Assembly (NCBI GenBank): GCA_944350085.1
Contig: CALVNY010000017.1
Coordinates: 126,690-190,689 of the forward strand
DNA from: an uncultured Clostridia bacterium
Lineage (GTDB): Bacteria; Bacillota; Clostridia; Christensenellales; UBA1242
Length of the DNA: 64,000 nucleotides
Direction: 5' to 3'
The notes under the pieces are model-generated. The model had not been told where the DNA came from. It saw only the letters and a list, made by a program, of their open reading frames with translations, and did not search any database. The first letter of the stretch is position 1. Every line of letters begins with the position of its first letter. Of the stretch, positions 18,745-25,698 are shown piece after piece. Position numbers and translations under genes: made by a program.

Positions 18745-19416
18745 ATGATAAAACCAAATTTAATAGTTAGAACAAATAGAAGAACATTATCTTTAACCAT
18801 AGACAAACAAGGTGATTTAATAGTTAAAGCACCTAGAAGAATGGACATAGAAGATATTTTTTCATTTATAAATCAAAAAAATGATTGGATATCAAAAAAA
18901 CAAAATTTAGTTAAAAGCAATTTACAAAAAAATCAAAAAATTATTAATTATGATGTTTTTTTGTTTTGTGGTAAACAATATAAAAAAGTTTATGTTGACA
19001 AACAAAAAAAAGTTGAAATTGAAAACACGCTATTTATAGTCCCACAAAATTTATCTTACGAAAAAGAAATATTTTTAATTAAAAAATGGTATATTGAAAT
19101 AACTAAGCAAATTTTGGAATTGAGGGTTAGTTATTTTGCAAATTTAATGCAATTAAATTTTGATGGGCTAGGTATTGATAATTCTAAAACAAGGTGGGGC
19201 AGTTGCAGTAAATCGGGGATATTAAAATTTAATTTAAGAATTGCTATGTTGCCACACAAGGTTATAGATTACATAATTATTCATGAACTAAGCCATTTAA
19301 TTGAATTTAACCATTCTAAAAATTTTTATAATATAATTTCAAGCATAATGCCAGATTGGCAAATACAAAGAAACAAATTAAAAGAATATGGATTTTTACT
19401 AGGTTTGTTAAGATAA
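18745..19416 (+). CDS. YgjP-like metal-dependent hydrolase (DUF45 / M48-related, HExxH)
   Basis: 223 aa with a C-terminal zinc motif IIHELSHLIEFNHSKNFY and the upstream RWGSCS segment typical of COG1451/DUF45 proteins. Confidence 0.75.
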   Translation: MIKPNLIVRTNRRTLSLTIDKQGDLIVKAPRRMDIEDIFSFINQKNDWISKKQNLVKSNLQKNQKIINYDVFLFCGKQYKKVYVDKQKKVEIENTLFIVPQNLSYEKEIFLIKKWYIEITKQILELRVSYFANLMQLNFDGLGIDNSKTRWGSCSKSGILKFNLRIAMLPHKVIDYIIIHELSHLIEFNHSKNFYNIISSIMPDWQIQRNKLKEYGFLLGLLR

Positions 19417-19437
19417 ACAAGCGGAGCAGAATTAAAT

Positions 19438-19471
19438 AAAGCCACAACACAAATGTGTTATGGCTTTTTTG
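19438..19471 (+). terminator. intrinsic terminator after the DUF45 gene
   Basis: Stem GCCACAACAC / GTGTTATGGC (one mismatch), loop AAAT, then TTTTTT. Confidence 0.7.
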
Positions 19472-19750
19472 TTTATATAAAAAACATCCTTAAAGTTGAA
19501 AAATAACTAATCATAACTATTTTAAAATATAAATGATTTATAAAATAGGTGATTACCATAAAGACTAAAAGACTAATAAATAAAAATTTATAAATAATAA
19601 AAATAATTTAAATTTTAACAAGGCAAAGGTAAAAAGGGTGACATATAAAAGAAGAACAAAAATATTAGTTTAATTTTGCAATTTTTAAAGTTGAAATTTA
19701 TGTTAAAAATGGCAAAGGGGGCTACTATGCAAATGCAATTTTGTGATTAA

Positions 19751-19765
19751 AAACTATTCGCAAAA
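19751..19765 (-). repeat. 15-bp motif TTTTGCGAATAGTTT (reverse-complement copy), flanked by degenerate copies at 19736-19749 and 19772-19786
   Basis: Exact reverse complement of 20938-20952. With 19772-19786 (TTTTACGAATAATTA, 12/15) it forms a 15-6-15 imperfect palindrome around GACAAG. Confidence 0.6.
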
Positions 19766-19839
19766 GACAAGTTTTACGAATAATTAAGCATAAAAAACGG
19801 CTTTATTTCAAAACCTATTCAAAAATTTATTTTTAAAAT

Positions 19840-19880
19840 AAAAAAATGAAAAACTTTATAAATTAGTTTTTCATTTTTTA
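19840..19880. terminator. bidirectional terminator downstream of the orphan gene
   Basis: Stem ATGAAAAAC (19846-19854) / GTTTTTCAT (19866-19874), flanked by an A-run and a T-run. Confidence 0.6.
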
Positions 19881-19903
19881 ATGTTTTAGTTAATGTTTTA
19901 TTT

Positions 19904-20791
19904 TTAATCAAAAAATTTATTTTGTGGATTTGAAATTAATTTATATAAAGTTTTTATTACCCTTTTTGCATAAAGTTTAGAAAGTGATTTATATTTTGAA
20001 TTGAATTGCAAATCTTGTTCATCAATAGTTTTTAAATTTTTTAAATCTTGGTTCATTAAATTTTCCAATATGTTTTTTGCATTTTCAAATGACACTTCTT
20101 TATAAAGTTCATTTGGAACATTATAAAATAAAACTTCAAACATATCAAAAGGCAAATCTATTAAATCGTAATATTTCATATAAATATTTTTAAATAATCT
20201 TATATATTTTGAACACAAGCCATTTGTTGCTTCGTCTTTTTCGTAAAAATTGCTTATTGCTTTTTCTGGATAATTTATGTCAATAAATTTTCTATTGTTG
20301 GTGTAAAATAAAACACCATTAATATTGTTGTCATTAACATAATAAATACAAGGAACAATATAAAAACTTTGTCCAATCAAATTTAATTTTGCCATACTTT
20401 CTTTATTTGAAATTTTGATGCCATATTTGTCTTTCGTTAATAAAAAGGATTCGTCAAATAATGTAACTAAAATATCAAATAATTCTTCCCTAAATTTATA
20501 TAATTCAAAATGTAAACTTGGTGCAACTGTTTTACTATATTTTTTTTCAAGTGTTTTTACATTTTCTTTTTTATTTAAACAAACATAAACATTAATTGGA
20601 TTGTAAATATTGTTGTTTGTGTTTAATCTATATTCATCGTAATTATAATAAATAAAGTCTTCTGCTTTAAACATTGGTTTGTTTGAAACAAGTACATTAA
20701 CTGCATAATTTATTTTTTCAATTATATTATCTAAAATTTCTTCATAGTTTTCCAAATCATAACTTTCTTCAAACTTTATTAATTTATCCAT
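19904..20791 (-). CDS. hypothetical protein (layout resembles a nucleotidyltransferase fold lacking catalytic acids)
   Basis: The ORF is open to 20848. The only ATG with an SD-like AGGGAAG upstream is 20791 (MDKLIKFEE...). I recognised no family. The C-terminal YIRLFKNIY...LPFDMFEVLFYNVP resembles the helical domain of SMODS/CD-NTase-type proteins. Confidence 0.55.
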   Translation of the reverse strand: MDKLIKFEESYDLENYEEILDNIIEKINYAVNVLVSNKPMFKAEDFIYYNYDEYRLNTNNNIYNPINVYVCLNKKENVKTLEKKYSKTVAPSLHFELYKFREELFDILVTLFDESFLLTKDKYGIKISNKESMAKLNLIGQSFYIVPCIYYVNDNNINGVLFYTNNRKFIDINYPEKAISNFYEKDEATNGLCSKYIRLFKNIYMKYYDLIDLPFDMFEVLFYNVPNELYKEVSFENAKNILENLMNQDLKNLKTIDEQDLQFNSKYKSLSKLYAKRVIKTLYKLISNPQNKFFD

Positions 20792-20930
20792 TATAAACTT
20801 CCCTATATTATTTTTTATCATTTTAACACATTTATATTCAAATGTCATTTTTAATTTAATATCTAAAACAATTAATACAATTAATTTTTCATTAATTTAC
20901 GGTTTTTGATTTGCTTTTATTTTATATTTC

Positions 20931-20959
20931 TTTACAATTTTGCGAATAGTTTATATAAT
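20931..20959 (+). promoter_or_regulatory. sigma-A type promoter of the recombinase gene, with the 15-bp motif in its spacer
   Basis: TTTACA (20931-20936), 17 nt, TATAAT (20954-20959). The spacer is almost entirely TTTTGCGAATAGTTT (20938-20952). Confidence 0.5.
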
Positions 20960-21001
20960 TAAATTAGAAATAAATTATTTATTAAATAAGGTTAAATTGT
21001 T

Positions 21002-22054
21002 ATGAAACAAGATAATTATTTTAAAAACAGAGATGAAGAAAATATCCTAAAGTTGCAAGACTTGAAAAAAGAATTACCTTTTTTTTGTAGTGAATTTTTT
21101 ATGGGAATTGAAGCAAACACAACACCTTTAACTCGACTTGGATATGCAATTGACTTGAAGATTTTTTTTGATTTTTTAATAAGAGAAATGCCCGAATTTA
21201 TTAATAAAAACAGCATTAGAGAATTAACCATTGATGACTTAGAAAAAATTACAAGCACTCACCTTGAACATTATTTACACTATTTAACATTATACAAATT
21301 AGATGGCAAAATTTATAGAAATGGTGAAAAAGCAAAAAGCAGAAAATTAAGTGCAATACGCTCACTTTTAAAATATTTCTTTAAAAAAGGTGCAATTTCA
21401 AAAAATGTTGGTTCTAAAATTGACACTCCAAAAATTCATGAAAGTGAAATTATTAGGCTAGAAATTGATGAAATGGTTAAATTGTTAAATGAATCTGAAA
21501 GTGGTTACAATTTAACTAAAATGCAAAGAGGATTTCATTCTCACACAAAAAATAGAGATGTTGCAATGTTGTCTTTATTTTTAGGCACAGGTATTCGTAT
21601 TAGCGAATGTGTTGGCTTAAATGTTGAAGATGTTGATTTTGATGCAAACGCATTTACAGTTACTAGAAAAGGTGGAAATAGAGTTATTTTATATTTTAAT
21701 GATGAAGTTGCTTCTGCCCTAAAAACTTACGTAGAAGAAAGAAATAACGATAAAACTATTCCAAAAGAAGAACATGCCTTATTTTTGAGTTTACAAAAGA
21801 AAAGAATTGGAGTTCGTGCCGTTGAAAAATTAGTAAAAAAATATGCACAGATTGCAGCTCCCCTTAAACATATTACTCCACATAAATTAAGAAGCACATT
21901 TGGTACAAATTTATATAGAGAAACCGGAGACATTTATGTTGTTGCAACTGTTTTAGGACATAAAGATGTAAACACAACAAGAAAACATTATGCGGCAATT
22001 TCAGAAGACATAAGACGAAGTGCAGCCGAAAAAGTTAAATTAAGAAAAGAATAA
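21002..22054 (+). CDS. site-specific tyrosine recombinase, XerC/XerD family
   Basis: 350 aa. N-terminal SAM-like core-binding domain and catalytic R (GTGIRISECVGL), H-x-x-R (HKLRSTFGT) and H...Y (LGHKDVNTTRKHY). Confidence 0.85.
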   Translation: MKQDNYFKNRDEENILKLQDLKKELPFFCSEFFMGIEANTTPLTRLGYAIDLKIFFDFLIREMPEFINKNSIRELTIDDLEKITSTHLEHYLHYLTLYKLDGKIYRNGEKAKSRKLSAIRSLLKYFFKKGAISKNVGSKIDTPKIHESEIIRLEIDEMVKLLNESESGYNLTKMQRGFHSHTKNRDVAMLSLFLGTGIRISECVGLNVEDVDFDANAFTVTRKGGNRVILYFNDEVASALKTYVEERNNDKTIPKEEHALFLSLQKKRIGVRAVEKLVKKYAQIAAPLKHITPHKLRSTFGTNLYRETGDIYVVATVLGHKDVNTTRKHYAAISEDIRRSAAEKVKLRKE

Positions 22055-22068
22055 TATAATTTATTCTT

Positions 22069-22102
22069 TTTTTATTTTTATTTTTATTTTTATTTTTATT
22101 TA
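22069..22102. repeat. tandem hexamer (TTTTTA) x5 plus a partial unit
   Basis: Read directly: TTTTTA repeated from 22069, ending at the SOS box. Confidence 0.8.
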
Positions 22103-22114
22103 GAACAAATGTTT
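22103..22114. promoter_or_regulatory. LexA (SOS/Cheo) box at the lexA promoter
   Basis: GAACAAATGTTT matches the Firmicute GAAC-N4-GTTC consensus at 11/12 positions and overlaps the -35 hexamer. Confidence 0.7.
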
Positions 22115-22141
22115 GACAAACTTGTTTTGTAATGGTATACT
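22113..22141 (+). promoter_or_regulatory. lexA promoter with extended -10
   Basis: TTGACA (22113-22118), 17 nt, TGgTATACT (22133-22141). Confidence 0.65.
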
Positions 22142-22172
22142 TTATTAAATTAATTAAAAGGATTTGAGTTAA

Positions 22173-22775
22173 ATGAAAAAATTTAATAAAGAAGAACAAT
22201 TAGTTGAATTTATTAAAGAATGTATTGATAAAAATGGATACCCACCAACAATTAGAGAAATGTGCAGAGCCGTAAATGTTACGAGCACAAGCACAGTTGC
22301 ATATTACATAGACAAATTGGTTGAAGATGGAATTTTAAAAAGAAATCCAAACAAAAACCGAGCATTAGAAGTTGTTGGAAACATTACAGCAAGAGATAAA
22401 GATTTTACAAAAATTCCTCTTATTGGTAATATTGCCGCTGGTGAACCAATTTTGGCTGTTGAAAATGTTGAAGAATATTTTATGGTAACACCTAATCTTT
22501 TTAAAGGCGAAGGATTGTTTATGCTAACTGTTTGTGGTGACAGTATGATTAAAGCAGGAATTTACAATGGGGATAAAATAATTGTAAGGCAACAAAGCAC
22601 TGCAAACAATGGTGAAATTATTGCAGCACTTGTTGATGGAAGTGCCACTGTAAAAAGATTTTATAAAGAAGATGGTTATTATAGGCTTCAACCTGAAAAT
22701 GATGCAATGTCACCTATTATTGTTCGAGAAGTTCAAGTGTTAGGAAAAGTTGTTGGACTACTAAGAAAATTTTAA
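22173..22775 (+). CDS. lexA: LexA repressor
   Basis: N-terminal wHTH (GYPPTIREMCRAVNVTSTSTVAYYIDKL), cleavage region IAAGEPI, and the Ser/Lys dyad contexts GDSM and VKRF. Confidence 0.95.
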   Translation: MKKFNKEEQLVEFIKECIDKNGYPPTIREMCRAVNVTSTSTVAYYIDKLVEDGILKRNPNKNRALEVVGNITARDKDFTKIPLIGNIAAGEPILAVENVEEYFMVTPNLFKGEGLFMLTVCGDSMIKAGIYNGDKIIVRQQSTANNGEIIAALVDGSATVKRFYKEDGYYRLQPENDAMSPIIVREVQVLGKVVGLLRKF

Positions 22776-22781
22776 TGATTT

Positions 22782-22816
22782 TAATAACTTTAATAACTTA
22801 ATAACTTTAATAAAAT
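22782..22816. repeat. short tandem repeat TAATAACTT, about 3.5 units
   Basis: TAATAACTT TAATAACTT AATAACTT TAATAAAAT, read directly downstream of lexA. Confidence 0.7.
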
Positions 22817-22851
22817 AAAAAAAACTACTTATTTAATTAAGTAGTTTTTTT
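22817..22851. terminator. bidirectional terminator between lexA and miaA
   Basis: Stem ACTACTTA / TAAGTAGT with an A-run on the left and a T-run on the right. Confidence 0.75.
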
Positions 22852-22852
22852 A

Positions 22853-23782
22853 TTATTTTGAACTTAAATATTCATTTGAAATTTCATTTATAATTTCGCT
22901 ATTAATTCCATTTGACAAATCAATCCATTTTATAGTTTGCAATTTTTTAAACCATGTAATTTGCCTTTTTGCATAATTTCTTGTGTGTTTTTTAATTAGT
23001 TCAACAGCATCTTCAAGTGAAATTTCATTATTTAAATAACTTAAAATTTCTTTATAACCAATTCCGTTCATGCTTTGGTGTGACAAATTTAAACCGCTCT
23101 TAACCAAATTTTTAACTTCATCTATAAGTCCATCTTTTATCATTATATCAACTCTTTGATTTATTCTGTCATATAATATGCTTCTGTCCATTGTTAAGCC
23201 AATTATAAGTGGTTTTAAGGCAGTTGTAAATGTTTGCATAGTATTTTGCATAGCACTCTTTTTGTTGCCTGTTGTTTCGTAAATTTCTATTGCTCTAATT
23301 ACTCTTTTAAGGTCGTTTGGGTGTAATTTTTTTGCAGTTTCAAAGTCAACTTCATTTAAGATATTGTAAACATACTCGCATCCAAATTTATCTGCCAAAT
23401 CTTCATATTTTTTTCTAATAATTTCATTTTTTGAAGAATTGCCATAGTCAAAGTTGTAAAGCAAAGAATTTATATAAAATCCTGTTCCTCCAACAATAAT
23501 TGGAGTTTTGTTTTGTTTTATTAAATCTAAAATTAATGGATATGCAACTTCCCTATAATCTGCAACCGTAAAATCATTAAATTTATCAACAAAATCAAAT
23601 AAGTGATGTGGTATATTTTCCTTTTCCTTTTCTGTAATTTTTGCAGTGCCTATGTTTAGTTCTTTATAAACTTGCATACTATCAGCATTTACTATTTCAC
23701 CATTAAGTTTTTTTGCAAGTTCAATAGATATTTTTGTTTTTCCACTTGCAGTGGGACCTGCAATTATTATGCAATTATACAT
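22853..23782 (-). CDS. miaA: tRNA dimethylallyltransferase
   Basis: P-loop IIAGPTASGKT and full-length MiaA-like sequence. The start overlaps the mutL stop. Confidence 0.95.
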   Translation of the reverse strand: MYNCIIIAGPTASGKTKISIELAKKLNGEIVNADSMQVYKELNIGTAKITEKEKENIPHHLFDFVDKFNDFTVADYREVAYPLILDLIKQNKTPIIVGGTGFYINSLLYNFDYGNSSKNEIIRKKYEDLADKFGCEYVYNILNEVDFETAKKLHPNDLKRVIRAIEIYETTGNKKSAMQNTMQTFTTALKPLIIGLTMDRSILYDRINQRVDIMIKDGLIDEVKNLVKSGLNLSHQSMNGIGYKEILSYLNNEISLEDAVELIKKHTRNYAKRQITWFKKLQTIKWIDLSNGINSEIINEISNEYLSSK

Positions 23783-25695
23783 TACACTAACCTCTTAAAC
23801 CATTTTTCAATTTCGTTGTTAGTAATTTTTAAAACAATAGGTCTACCATGTGGACAAAGTAACACTTGATTTTCTTTTGATAATAAGTTTAATAAAATTT
23901 CAATTTCATTATAAGATAAATTATCATTTGCTTTAACAGCACTTCTACAAGCACTTTTTGCTAAATATTCTTCCATTAAATCAGTTTTCTTTATAATCAA
24001 ATTGTTATTAATGTCGTGCAAAATTGAATTAAAGAAATCGGCAATATTAATATCTTTTAATAATAGTGGAACACTATTTATTTTAAAACTGTTGTTTCCA
24101 AAACCTTCAATGTCAAAACCTAAGTTTTTTAAAGTGGTTAAGTTTTCATTAATAAAAGACCATTCTTGGAAATTTAGATTTAAAATATAAGGAACAAGCA
24201 ATGATTGGCTAAGCAAACTATGTTCTTCAAATTGTTTTTTAAATTTGTCATAAAGCAATCTTTCGTGTCCAGCATGTTGGTCAATCATAAGAAGGTTTTT
24301 GTCTTGTTCAACTAAAATATAAGTATTAAATAAAGTTCCAATTATTTTAAAATCATCTAACTTAATTTTGTTGTCATTAACACTATTTGTATCTGAATTG
24401 CTTATAAAACTTTGTTGTTGCATATTTTTGTAGGCTTGCATTGCCAAATCGTAAGAATATCCATTGTCACTTTTAAATGTAACTTCATTATGTTTATCTT
24501 GTTTTGACAAATAAGAGTTAAGATTTTCTTTAATTTGATTAAATTTTTCTTCATCAAAAACTTTTTCTTTTAAAGTTACATTATCAACAACAGTTGTTTT
24601 TAAAGAAACATTTTCAACTTTTTGTAAATCTTGCAAATCTTTTAAATTAAAATCTACATTTTCGTTTTGTTCTTCACTTTCATCTTCTATATTTTTAATA
24701 TGATTAATGCCATACAATATTTCGCTTATTGCATTTACAACCAAAGTAAATATCTCGCCAGACTTTTCAAACTTTACATCTTGTTTGTTTGGGTGAACAT
24801 TAACATCAACTTTGTCTAATGGCAAAGTAACATAAAGCACAAAAAATGGGAAATTTCCTTTCATTAAAAAATTTTCATAGGCTTTGTAAATGGCTGTTGA
24901 TATTTGTTGATTAATAACATATCTTCCGTTTATGATTAATGTTTGATATGTTCTATTTGGTTTTGAAAATGTTGGCTTGCAAATATACCCATTAAAATGT
25001 ATTAGTTTGTCGTAAGAATTAAAGTCAACTTTAATTAAGTTGTCCAAAACATTTTTTCCATATATTGCATAAATTGCTTCTTCAATTCCATTTCCACTTG
25101 AAAAATAAACAAGTTTGTTGTCGGCAGTATATTTTATTTGTATGTTTGGATTTGCTAAAATTAATCTTGAAACTATATTTGTTACATCACTTTCTTCTGT
25201 TTTTGGCTTTCTTAAAAATTTTGCACGAGCAGGAACACAATAAAACAAATCGCTTACTGAAATGTATGTTCCATCTGAACAACCTTTTTCATTTTGAGAA
25301 ATAACTTCTCCACCTTCTAAAATTATTTCGTTGCCAATGTCTAAATTTTTAACCTTGCTAATTAAATTAACTTTTGACACAGATGCTATAGAACTTAATG
25401 CTTCTCCTCTAAAACCCAATGTTCCAATTTTGTCTAAGTCGTTGGCAGTGCAAATTTTACTTGTTGCATGTGGTAAAAAAGCTTTAACCATGTCATCAGG
25501 CTCAATTCCACACCCATTATCGCTTACGATAATTTGTTTTATTCCACCTTCAATAATTTCTATTGAAATTTTAGTTGCACCTGCATCAATGCTATTTTCA
25601 ACAAGTTCTTTTACAACAGATGCTGGTTTTTCAACAACTTCACCAGCAGCAATTCTATTAAATATTGATTTATCTAATATATTTATTTTTGACAT
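23782..25695 (-). CDS. mutL: DNA mismatch repair protein MutL (endonuclease type)
   Basis: GHKL ATPase N-terminus (AAGEVVEKPASVVKELVENSIDAG, GFRGEAL) and the C-terminal endonuclease motif DQHAGHERLLY. Confidence 0.95.
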   Translation of the reverse strand: MSKINILDKSIFNRIAAGEVVEKPASVVKELVENSIDAGATKISIEIIEGGIKQIIVSDNGCGIEPDDMVKAFLPHATSKICTANDLDKIGTLGFRGEALSSIASVSKVNLISKVKNLDIGNEIILEGGEVISQNEKGCSDGTYISVSDLFYCVPARAKFLRKPKTEESDVTNIVSRLILANPNIQIKYTADNKLVYFSSGNGIEEAIYAIYGKNVLDNLIKVDFNSYDKLIHFNGYICKPTFSKPNRTYQTLIINGRYVINQQISTAIYKAYENFLMKGNFPFFVLYVTLPLDKVDVNVHPNKQDVKFEKSGEIFTLVVNAISEILYGINHIKNIEDESEEQNENVDFNLKDLQDLQKVENVSLKTTVVDNVTLKEKVFDEEKFNQIKENLNSYLSKQDKHNEVTFKSDNGYSYDLAMQAYKNMQQQSFISNSDTNSVNDNKIKLDDFKIIGTLFNTYILVEQDKNLLMIDQHAGHERLLYDKFKKQFEEHSLLSQSLLVPYILNLNFQEWSFINENLTTLKNLGFDIEGFGNNSFKINSVPLLLKDINIADFFNSILHDINNNLIIKKTDLMEEYLAKSACRSAVKANDNLSYNEIEILLNLLSKENQVLLCPHGRPIVLKITNNEIEKWFKRLV

Positions 25696-25698
25696 TTG

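Noticed and set aside
21002-22054. The tyrosine recombinase as the integrase of a prophage, ICE or transposon.
   Set aside because: No phage, conjugation or transposase genes are nearby. No tRNA-adjacent att-like direct repeats were seen. The flanks are housekeeping (lexA, mutSL). The protein has Xer-like domain organisation. Only the small inverted-repeat-bracketed segment is reported, as a finding.
22069-22816. Tandem repeats (TTTTTA x5 and TAATAACTT x3.5) as a possible CRISPR or minisatellite.
   Set aside because: The units are 6-9 bp with no spacers and no cas genes, so these are simple AT-rich tandem repeats in intergenic DNA.
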